64,000 nucleotides of DNA from Octopus vulgaris (taxonomy: Eukaryota), in the NCBI GenBank assembly GCA_951406725.2, contig OX597818.1, positions 80,228,001 to 80,292,000 on the forward strand, given 5' to 3'. A program made the translations under genes and the position numbers. Under the pieces are notes generated by a model. It had not been told where the DNA came from, ran no database searches, and was given only the letters and a program-made list of their open reading frames with translations. Within the stretch, counting starts at the first letter, position 1. Every line of letters begins with the position of its first letter. Positions 1-10,650 of this stretch are shown one piece after another.

Positions 1-528
1 AAAAAAAAATTAGCTCGCTTAGTCCACGTATCATTTTTAGTTGCAATTTTTGTTAATTATGACCCTCCCCTACAAACACTTACATACATATACACACCCA
101 TGAGTATGTAAATATGTGTGTTTGTGCCCATATGATGTGATGTTCAATTTTGTAAGGGATGATTTAAGGAAATCACAAAATTACAATAGTTTCTTTAAAT
201 GCAACGCAGTCCCAAAGCCCGAAATAATTTATAATAAATATAGACTCGCTAAGCACAGGCACTCTTTTAGTTCAACATGCGCACACAACTCACAATGATG
301 TACACACATTGACACATAGAGGCATACACAATAGCGTAGGCAAAACCACCAATAATAATTATTATACATTTTTATTTATTTATAATTAGTATATATTTTA
401 CATCTTCTCAATACATATCTATAAATATAAAAAGTAGTAAATAATATTACTGATTAAATTTTTTTTAAATTTTAGCTTTTTCCGCCCAGCATGCATCATT
501 CCTTACTTTGCTAACATTCAAAATCAAA

Positions 529-567
529 ATGGCTGATTACGATGATCAGATCTCCGATGGCGAAAAG
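529..567 (+). CDS. CAPZA: F-actin capping protein alpha, coding exon 1 (MADYDDQISDGEK)
   Basis: ATG in AAAATGG context; peptide resembles the CapZ-alpha N-terminus; donor AG|gtaaca; 39 nt, phase 0. Confidence 0.93.
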
Positions 568-805
568 GTAACATCTTGTTGACATTTACTTTGTATTCTC
601 ATTTAGTAGTTGTCTTGATAAAGAATAAGAATTTTTATTATATTCGAATCTTTTACCCAAAATTTCCGGTTGTAACAGTATTTAGTTGCGTGTAATAGAA
701 ATCAATTGACATAGTCTTGGTGGATGGGATGTCACACACATTCATATATATATCAATATATATATATATGCACATGACTATTTAATATACACATGAAAAA
801 TAGAC

Positions 806-845
<40 letters not shown>

Positions 846-1701
846 CTGTAATATGTACATTCTTATAATACACATACATAACACTTGACCATGTTTACTG
901 TGCGACCCCTCCCTTCATCTTTTAAAAATATAATTATTCAGTTCGTTAATTCATATAATATTATATATATCAATATATAATTTTCGTTAAGTATTTCAGT
1001 GGAATAACCAGTAACATTATTATTATTCCAGTGAATAATAGTTTGATGTTACTCTGTCTTCATTATATTTCCGCTCAACACCGCCCTCAATCAAATAATG
1101 ATTAATTAATTCTATCAGGAACCACCTGAAGATTTTACCCTTCAACCTTCCTAATTTTTTAAAATTAATTTTTATTCGTTGTGCCTTATTTCACATTCTC
1201 ATTCTTCGTCAAATGTCGTTAATGCACTTTGAAGAGGCATGAATGTCACAAGTTCCTATTTCACAGCATTAAAAAAAGAAGAATCTGGGCGTCTTCTTGG
1301 ATGAAGAAAGCTTATTGGCAGTAGAAGTGGTAGAGTGTTTGCTGGTTGGCTGATTGGATGCTTTTACAATATTTCGTTAGCTTCGTACCCTATGGTTTTG
1401 AGTTCATATCCCATCAGAGTCAACTCATTGTTTAGATTCTGTTTGTTTCGAGTGATAAAAGTTATATAATAAAATCGATTCGAAAACGTCAGCTATGACT
1501 CCTCTCCCACCTCAAAATTGGTCGTGTGTTTCATCAAACGGCATCAATATATATATATTTGGCATTCTTTAACTGCAAAGAACAATCATCCTATGTAAAA
1601 CCGAAAAAAATAAAATAGTTTACAAGGATAGACAACTAGATTCAATTATTATATCGCTTCCCTTTTAACAAATATGGCCTCTCTCCTTTTACTCAAAGTG
1701 G

Positions 1702-1750
<49 letters not shown>

Positions 1751-3446
1751 TGAAGAGATTGACGTAAACAACCTGCACTTCGATTGTCAGTTTGTATTGT
1801 TTCCGTCAAAATATTTTGTAAACAATTCCTATAGCTTTGACTTTTAGATGTTTTTTGTTGTTGGCTGCAAGAATGTCACCTACTGCGATTCGTCTCTATT
1901 CTGATATACACACACACACACACACATATATATATACACATATATAAAATTCGCTCGAGTTCTTCGTAATTTTTACATCCTGTATTAAAATTGAAAGATA
2001 ATAATTCTCAAGAGTTGCAGCCCATATTAGACAAGCTATGGCGATTATTTATAGAAATTTGCTGGTGGCACTAAATATTGTAATACATTAAAAAATAATT
2101 TTTTAAATGTAGTGATTTATCAGTTCTTTTTCTTATAAGAGCTAATCAGAGTACAATATACTCCTGTATAGTAACTTGTTTATAAATCGAAACACTTCAT
2201 TTTAAAATTATCCAAGTCACTAAGCATATTGCTTTTTTTTTTTTTTGTCTAAAAGTGATATTTTATTAGCATTTTCTAACATCATGTTCGCTTAGCACCC
2301 ACCTTCAAATGCAGTACCAACATTTTTAAATGTCTGCTGTATCTTCGGATATCCTTTGGCTCATCATAAATTTAAGTTGTCGATAGTTGTTGGGCAGTAG
2401 GTGTGCACAATGTTTCTGATCCATAAAGGTTTTTATATGATTGGTGCACGTGTGTGATTAGATAGTCAATTTCTTATGTAGATGCTTTCAGGAAACGTAT
2501 ACGAGGGCGATAAAAAGACGAGTCTTAAATGATGTTCAAAATCCGGTCACGTACCTTTCATCCATCGCCGCCGATAACTTCACCATTTTATAAGGAAAAT
2601 TATAAGTTCCATCATCATAGCCACCATATTACTATCTATAAATACCGTTACTAAAGGCGAGCCGACCATAGAGCCTTTACATATTTGCTAGAAATAGCAG
2701 ACAAATCTCACTCATCTATACTGATTGTGCGAATAAAAAGGAAGGACATATATTAAACCTCAGATATTCGGTTTGGGGTGGGGAGAGCATCGGTAATATC
2801 TTAGATCACAAGACTGAATAGAACTGACCTGGAGCTTATGGGCAGCTACTTTTAATATGAAATCTAAACCGCTGGTACAAAGGTTTAAATTTGATGGAAC
2901 TGAAAATGTATAGGATTCTATCGACCGAGCAATAATTTTATCGATCTTATAGGCATTGACAAATATAGTCGATTCCAACAGGTTTTGAATTTAGAAACTA
3001 GAATGAGTAGAACTTAAGAGAGAGAGAACGAAAAATACCGTTGTAAGGTATACCATTTGGCACTCTTTCAATAGTCATATAATTGTAACCAAAAGCTTTC
3101 CTTTTCGACAAAAACATTAAGTGAAATATCGGTTAAAGAATTTAGAAAACTATCGATAAGTTTTTGTTGTTATATTTAAATATAAAACAGAAAGGAGTTT
3201 TTTGACCCTAGTTGTAAAGGATAAAGAATCAATAAGTTTGCCACGCCCTCCGAAGGCATTTTGTTACTAATACGAAAATACGGAAATTGCTATTACTTGT
3301 ATTGGCTTTTGTTCTACTTAGACATTGTTGTATTAATCGTTAGTGTTATTACTTGGAGAAAATATTTATTTGCAGAATTTTCTTTCTTTTTTTTTTTTGA
3401 TAGAGGCAAAATTCTTTTTATCTCTCTCTCAGACCACCATAGCACA

Positions 3447-3520
3447 TACACACGCAGCTACGCAAACATTTATATACACACACACGCAGCTACGCAAACA
3501 TTTATTATATACACACACAC
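3447..3520. repeat. Two-copy ~33-bp tandem repeat
   Basis: acacacgcagctacgcaaacatttat twice. Confidence 0.8.
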
Positions 3521-3991
3521 AGGCACAATGTTTTATTATCTGCGAGCTTTGTAATTTGATATGTCCGGTTGAAATTACATTCTCAAGGGATAGATAAAGA
3601 GAGAGGAAGCATGTAAGAATTTTGAACATTAATTTTGAAAACTTATGTATCCGGTAGGCGCAGGCGTAGTTGTGTGGTTGAGAAACGTACTTCCGAATCA
3701 TGCTGTCTCAGGTTCAGTCCCGCTACACATCTTTGGCAATTGTCTTCCACTTAGCTTCAGGCCAATTAAGTCTTGTGTGTGAATTTGGTTGATAGAAACT
3801 GAATAAAAACTCGTGTCCAACGTCTATCTATCTATTTAGCTATGTATCTGTCTAGCTAGTCCCGTCTGTGTCCAGCCCTGTGTGTCTAATAAAGAAACAT
3901 CTAGCCATCTACCTACCTATCTAGCTAGCTTTTTATCCAACCTACCTACGTGTCTGTCTATCTGTCTATATAAAATCTACATAATAGATAT

Positions 3992-4190
3992 ATAAGCATG
4001 GTAAATTTAACCATTTCTCCGTAGACTGAAAAAAAAAAATCAATCTTAATCAATTTCAGAATCTCATCAGGTTCTCATCAAAGTGGTCTACATCACGTAA
4101 CCAATCTCAGAATTAACTACCCTGTTGATATACGCAACAAATCTAGTAGCCTCACAGAACTGGAGCTTCTAATTTGCACACCATATTTAA
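3992..4190 (-). mobile_element. ~200-bp hammerhead-bearing repeat, decayed homolog of 43452-43648
   Basis: Minus strand gatgtagaccactttgatgagaacctgatgagattctgaaattgattaagattga aligns to gatgcagatgcctctgatgagaatttaataagatttgaaaatcgattaaggctga; both flanks also align. Confidence 0.7.
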
Positions 4191-4237
4191 GACTTTATAT
4201 GTATGTATAATACACACACACATATATGTACACATAA

Positions 4238-4389
4238 GTGCAGGCGTGACTGTGTGGTAAGAAGCTTACTTCCCAATGACATGGCACTTGAGTAAGTGTC
4301 TACCACTATAGCCTCAGATCAACCAAAGCCTTGTGAGTGGATTTAGTAGATGGAAACTGAAAGAAACCTTTTGTATATATGTGTGTGTG

Positions 4390-4427
<38 letters not shown>

Positions 4428-4633
4428 TATATTTGTGTGTCTGTCTCCATGCCATTGCTTGACAACCAATGCTGGTGTGTTTATGTCCGCATAACTTAGT
4501 GGTTCAGGAAGAGAAACCAATAGAATAAGTACTAGGCTTACAAAAAATAAGTCCTGGGGTCAATTTCTTCAACTAAAACCCTTTAAGGCAGTGCTCCAGC
4601 ACGGCTGCTGTCAAATGACTGCAACAAGTAAAA
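4238..4633 (+). mobile_element. tRNA-derived SINE copy
   Basis: Homologous to 31567-31965. Confidence 0.8.
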
Positions 4634-5640
4634 GTATATATATATATATATATGTATACACACACACACATATAATGTGGACTTCCCTGCCCACCCACCT
4701 TTTCTGACTCTCTAGTCCTATTCTCCCTCTTTTCAGCTGGAGAAGCTATGTATCTTCTCTTCAGCAAGGCACTTCTTTCTGTCTTTCTATCATACATTCA
4801 CCTTCTTCAATACTACACCCTTACTTAATTGAAGGAGTCTTATCTTGTGAGATACTTGATAGTGTCACTAGTGCTGGTGTCATGAAACAAAGCACCCAGT
4901 ATATTCTGTAAAGTTGTTGGCATTAGGAAGGGCATCCAACCAGTGACACCAAATCACAGCAATTATGTTAACTTGTCCAAGGTGCTTTGCCATGGGACCG
5001 AACCCCAAACCATATGGTTGGGAAGCAAATTTTTTAACTGCACGGTCACCCTGTACCTCACAGCCACATCTGTGCTATGTATGATAGATTTTCTGACATG
5101 TTTCATGGTCTTATCAGCTTTCAACTAGAGACTGGGTCTTTAGGTTTCTGTGCACTACTTTTGGGCAGTAATAACTCCTTCATTTCCTCTCCTTAATTAC
5201 AGTTAGCCAGTGTATTAAACACGGATGACTTGGTGGAACAGGTTGTGGGACAACTGGCCGAGAGGTCACTAGTATCTTGCCTCTTCCAGCAACCATTGCA
5301 TCCATGTCCATCCACTTGCCTTAAATGGTTTAAATCAATTACATATACATAATATGATGGTAAAAACTGTATGTGAAGCTTAAAATTGACATACAGTTCA
5401 AGTGGTTTTGATGGCTCCAGCAGGTTGATATGTTCAACATATATAAAGTCAGACTGTTTGAGTGCTGCTTGAATGACCCAATGGTTGAAAGGGCTTACTA
5501 ATCACTCTTTAGGTAAAGTTGTGTGTGTGTTGATTTATATATGAGCACAAGCATGACTTTGTGCTAAGAAGTTTGCATTCTAACCATATGATCTTGGCTT
5601 CAGTTCCACTGCATGGTACCTTGGGTGAGTATGGTACCAG

Positions 5641-5868
5641 CGGTGAGCTGACAGAAACGTTAGCATGCCGGACGAAATGCGTAGCCGTATTTCGTCTGCT
5701 GTTACGTTCTGAGTTCAAATTCTACCAAGGTTGACTTTGCCCTTCATCCTTTCGGGGTCGATAAATTAAGTACCAGTTACGCACTGGGATCTATGTAATC
5801 GACTTAATCCATTTGTCTGTCCTTGTTTGTCCCCTCTGTGTTTAGCCCCTATAGGGTAGTAAAGAAAT
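5641..5868 (+). mobile_element. MetaSINE-like element nested in another SINE
   Basis: B box GAGTTCAAATT; ccttcatcctttcggggtcgataaattaagtaccag domain; 17-bp TSD tggtaccttgggtgagt (5614-5630, 5869-5885). Confidence 0.8.
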
Positions 5869-6872
5869 TGGTACCTTGGGTGAGTGTCTTCTACTATAGC
5901 CCCAGGACAACCAAAGCCTTCAGAGTGGATTTGGTGGTCACAAACTGAAAGAAACCTGTCATGTGTGTACATATATATATTTACATATATAATTTGTGTG
6001 TGTTTTACTGTTTCCTTGCTTTGACTTCATGTGATTGCTGTCAAGGAATATCACTATCTTCCATGAAAACATGTCTGGTCATGAGGAATATTACCTTACA
6101 TGGAAGCAGCTGAGGGTTAGCAACAGGAATGATATCCAGCTGTAGAAAATCCACCCCAACAAATTCTGTTAGACCCATACTTGCATGGGTTGCACAATTA
6201 AACAACAATGGTTTTAAATATTATTTCCTATTGACTCTGAGCTGTCTCAGATCTAACCTGTAATGAACACTCTGTTTTAACAATGAGTAACCATGTATTC
6301 AGTTACTACCTGCTGTTAATTTGGCTGAAACATTCCACTGGCACATGCACAATTTAGATCTTAGATTAAATGGATGTGATACTGTGCAACAAGCCATGCT
6401 AGTTGAAGTACAGGTGCAATCCATCTGTTGGGCTTTCACATTGTTTCCATTTACCCAATTTCACTCATAAAATTCGGGGTGACCTGTAAATTCAAACTTT
6501 GTATGAACTTTAAATATTTTGGACACCACTAAGTTATAAAATTATAGACACAGTACTTCATCTTTATGATGTATATTCTAAGGTAAATCGGCTTGGTGAA
6601 TGCTGCTCCTCTTAATTCCAGCAATGAATTGCACCATTTCATGGTACCTATAAATTTTTACATGAACTGGTTTCTTGGCCACCAATTTTCTAAAGCCCCA
6701 GGGAAGTTTAAAAGCCAGTGCTTATCTCTGGCTTCATGGCATTAAGCAAATGATGATAATTATTTTAATCTTGATTTGAATGCTAATCTTTAAAGGCAAC
6801 ATTCCGAGAAAATCTCATTGGACCATACTTCTGTGAGTTGACTTTTTGTATGTATTAATCTATTTCTCTAAT

Positions 6873-7100
6873 TTAACCCTTTAGAAATTAAATGACCGTA
6901 TCTGACCCAAATATTCCACCTTTTTCTATGTTCAAAGTAGCTAAATTCTGCCTTTCACATCTACTCTGCTATGTCATTTTAAAAATAAGCAATCACATCA
7001 TCAAAACCTCAAAGCTATGAAATAATGGAAGATTAATTCTAGACAGTGTGAATAATTAAGCATTACATTTAACTGTGTAACCTGAATGCTAAAAGGTTAA
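6873..7100. mobile_element. piggyBac-type TTAA MITE
   Basis: TTAA-ccctttag ... ctaaaagg-TTAA; relatives at 9359-9579, 16591-16813, 44148-44516, 45987-46212. Confidence 0.75.
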
Positions 7101-7117
7101 TGTAATTAAGCTGTCAA

Positions 7118-7235
7118 TTTCACAGCCATATCATGTTTAAAACACCTATTCTCATCCAATCATTGAGATTATGCAACATGAAGCCTAGTTAGTATTTAGA
7201 TGGATTACTGCTTGTGAAACCTAGGTATTGTAAGC
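7118..7235 (+). pseudogene. Full-length decayed 5S rRNA copy (possible SINE head)
   Basis: 118 nt colinear with the metazoan 5S consensus (cagccatatcatgtttaaaacacctattctcatccaatc...gcctagttagtatttagatgg...ctaggtattgtaagc); many CpG->TpG/CpA changes; degenerate A and C boxes. Confidence 0.9.
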
Positions 7236-7440
7236 AAAACTTTTAATGGCAGTGCCCCAGTATGGCTACTGCCTCTGGCTGAAAAAATAAAAGAATGAAG
7301 AATTTGGGTTACTAATACTGTGTTTTGCTTGTGTGTTTAACTTTATCACTGAAGTCTACTATTTCAGTGGAATTACCAACAGGCTTATCATATTCAACTG
7401 TAGTTGAGAGAAAAATTATCCTCTGTTATTTTGTTAAAAA

Positions 7441-7863
7441 TAGGTGCAGGTGTGACTGTGTGGTTAAGAAGCTTGCTTCCCAACCACTTGGTTCTGGGTT
7501 CAGTCCAACCGTGTGGCACTTTGGGCATCCTCTGCTATGGCCCCAGGCTGACCAGAGCCATGCAAGTGGATTAGGTAGGTGTAAATTGAAAAACACCTAC
7601 TGTATATATGCGTGCGTGTGTGTGTTTTGTCTTCTTGTCTCGATATCATGTGATAGTTGCAAACGAGTGTCACCACCATACAGTAGTATCCTTCATTTCC
7701 AATTTTATGTGAAAACATGTCCAGCCATGGGAAAAATTTACCTTATTTGGGAACAGGTGAGGGTTGGTGACAGGAAGGACATTAAGCCATAGAAAATCTA
7801 CCTCAACAATTTCCAGCCAACCTATGCAGTGATGTAAAAGTAGTCTTAATGTTGATGATGATG
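7441..7863 (+). mobile_element. tRNA-headed SINE with RTE-type tail
   Basis: Same head as the 31567 family, different body, (GAT)n tail as in the RTE; similar copies at 12605-13023 and 14360-14790. Confidence 0.7.
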
Positions 7864-8423
7864 GGTTTGTCAAAAAGAAATGGGTGGAATAAAGGTTTTC
7901 ATTGACTATTCTGAAATATATGTGGCTCTGGTTGATCTGAGCTGTTATCATTATCATCATTGTTTAGCATCTGTCTTCCATGCTGGCATGTATTGGACAG
8001 TTTGACAGGAGCCTGCACTAAACTTCTGTGTTGGTTTTGGCATGGTTTTTACAGCTGCATGCCTTTCCTAACACCAAGCACCAGTAGAGTGGACAGAGTG
8101 CTTTTTACATGGCATAAGCACAGGTAAGGTCAGTTTTGTTATGGTTTTTACAGCTGGATGCCCTTCCAAACGCTAACCACTTTACAGTGTGGACTGGATG
8201 CTTTTTACATGGTACCAACACTGATAGGTTCACCAAGTAACTTGCAAGACAAAGATCTTTTGAGAGGAATGTGACAGGGGCATTGGGAGAGAAAGACAAA
8301 GTTCAACTGAGAGGATCTTGTGTCAGATGATGAAAAGTTCAAGTGTGATAGAGTGGGTCAATGCAAACTTAAAAGAGGTATTCTCATAACTGTAATGATT
8401 TGGTTTTATTAAAATTACTACAA

Positions 8424-9218
8424 TTTGACCTAAGGAGCATCAGTTGTGGCGTGCAAGTGAGACGTTTGTGCTGGTATGGTCATGTAGCGAGAATGGATGA
8501 AGATAGTTGTGTGAAAAAGTGCCACACCCTAGCGGTTGAGGGAACCTGTGGAAGAGGTAGACCCAGGAAAACCTGGGACGAGGTGGTGAAGCACGACCTT
8601 TGAACTTTAGGTCTCACCAAGGAAATGACTAGAGACCGAGACCTTTGGAAGTATGCTGTGCGTAGGAAGGCCCGGCAGGACAAGTGAGACCATAACCCGT
8701 GGCCTCTACCTGGGACGTAGCCAGTCCACTTACACATACCTTTCCTTCTTGTGACACAAACCCTACTTGTGAAGACCTGTTGAGGCAAGTGAAAATCGAA
8801 ATCGATCAACATCAATGGAAATTGTAGCTGTGATACCAGTGCCGGTGGCACATAAGAGAACCGTCCGAACGTGGCCGTTGCCAGCGCCGCCCTGACTGGC
8901 CTCTGTGCCGGTGGCACATAAAAAGCACCATCCGATTGTGGCCGTTGCCAGTCTTGTCTGGCCCCCGTGCCGGTGGCACGTAAAAAGCACCATCCAATCC
9001 TGGCCGTTTGCCAGCCTCGTCTGGCACCTGTGCAGGTGGCACATAAAAAGCACCCACTACACTCACAGAGTGGTTGGCGTTAGGAAGGGCATCCAGCTGT
9101 AGAAAGACTGCCAGATCAGACTGGGCCTGGCGCAGCCTACTGGCTCCCCAGACCCCAGTTGAACCGTCCAACCCATGCTAGCATGGAAAACGGACGTTAA
9201 ACGATGATGATGATGATG
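8424..9218 (+). mobile_element. RTE-clade LINE 3' fragment with 3' UTR and (GAT)n tail
   Basis: RRLCWYGHVARM...GTCGRGRPRKTWDEVV C-terminal motif; tail ...catggaaaacggacgttaaac(gat)n. Confidence 0.88.
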
Positions 9219-9358
9219 TTCTAACACCTTATATTGATATAAAATATTAACATTCTGCATTATCAGTTTACTTGTTTCAGTCATTTGACTGAAGCCATGT
9301 TGGGGCACTGCTTTGGAGGGTTCAGTCTAACAAGTCAACTTTAATACTTATTTTTTCT

Positions 9359-9579
9359 TTAACCCTTTAGCATTTAAACTGGCCATGTCTGACCCAAATA
9401 TCCTACTTACTTATGTGCAGACTGGCCTGATCTGGTATGTCACACCTATCCTACAATGTCATTCTAAGGAAAGTTACATCATCCAAATCTCAAAGCTACA
9501 AGATAATGCACGATTAATTCAAAATAATACGAATAAATAAGCATTACATTTGACAGTAATAGGAACACTAAAGGGTTAA
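9359..9579. mobile_element. piggyBac-type TTAA MITE inserted into a SINE
   Basis: TTAA-ccctttagc ... actaaaggg-TTAA; interrupts a minus-strand SINE. Confidence 0.8.
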
Positions 9580-9734
9580 AGTCTGGTACTTGTTCTGTCA
9601 GTCTCTTTCACCAAACTGCTAAGTTATTGGCAACATAAACAATCCAGCACAGAATTTCAAACAGTTGGAGGGAACAAATAAAGACACATATGCATATATG
9701 CAGAGATATAAATATGTATTTATAATATAATAAA

Positions 9735-10090
9735 TGACTGTATGAAAAGAAGCTTGCTTCCCAACCACTTGGTTCCAGGTTCAGTCCCACTGCAAGGCAC
9801 CTTGGCCAAGTGTCTTCTGCTATAGCCTCAAGCCAACCAAAGATTTGTGGGTGTATTTGGTAGACAGAAACTGAAAGAAGCCTGTTGTGTGTGTACATTG
9901 CATGCCTTTGTGTCTGTGTTTGTCCCCCATCACTGCTTGACAACCGGTGTTGGTGTGTTTAGCAAAAGAGACTGATAGAATAAGTATTAGGCTTAAAAAT
10001 AAGCCCCAGGATTGATTTGTTCAACTAAAACCCCTCAAGGCGGTGCTGCAGCAGGGCTGCAGTCAAATGACTGAAACAAGAAAATAAAAA
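9735..10090 (+). mobile_element. tRNA-derived SINE copy
   Basis: Homologous to 31567-31965. Confidence 0.8.
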
Positions 10091-10320
10091 AAAAGAATAT
10101 GTATATATAAAATATAGGGTAGTGATTTTTTTTTTTTAGAAAATTCACTACCAGTGGCCCAGCATGTATAAAAAGTCAATAGACAACATTATCTCAATAT
10201 GTACATTTAAACAGGCAGTTTTTACATGCTAGAAGAAGTAGTCAAAATGACCAAAACCACATTTAAAAGCAATCTTCAAAAGGAATGAAAAATACAAACT
10301 TTCACCTTGTTTTTTAATCT

Positions 10321-10393
10321 GGTCAGACCTAGGTTTCAAAATTTTTTTAGCAAATGAAATAATTTGCTAGGCGAAATTTCTCATCAGTGACTG
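10321..10393 (-). ncRNA. Type I hammerhead ribozyme motif (intact core)
   Basis: Minus strand reads CAGUCA-CUGAUGA-[GAAAUUU..UAGCAAAU/AUUUGCUA..AAAUUUU]-GAAA-CCUAGG-UC^UGACC; GUC triplet; palindromic stem III. Confidence 0.85.
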
Positions 10394-10576
10394 CGCCATA
10401 ACACTAACATATAATTAAGAAACGAATAACGTGTCCCATCGTTATACATTATCATTTTTCAAATTCACCGCGCAAGTGCAGTTTCAGTTGGCTTGCATGG
10501 TGAATTTGAAAAATTATAATGTATAACGATGAGACACATGTTATTCGTCTCTTAATTATATGTTAGTGTTATAGCG

Positions 10577-10650
10577 CAGTCACTGATGAGAAATTTTGCC
10601 TAGCAAATTATTTGATTTGCTAAAAAAATTTTGAAATTTAGATCTGACCG
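10577..10650 (+). ncRNA. Type I hammerhead ribozyme motif (sense copy)
   Basis: CAGUCA-CUGAUGA(10583-89)-long stem II-GAAA(10633-36)-UUUAGA-UC^UGACC; AUC triplet. Confidence 0.8.

Noticed and set aside
482-487. GC box (CCGCCC) upstream of the ATG
   Set aside because: Single hexamer, transcription start unknown; may lie within the 5' UTR
7118-7235. Functional 5S rRNA gene
   Set aside because: Many substitutions in helices and promoter boxes; single copy, not an array
8839-9055. CRISPR-like repeat array
   Set aside because: The inter-repeat sequences are homologous to each other, the array lies in an RTE 3' UTR, the DNA is eukaryotic and there are no cas genes
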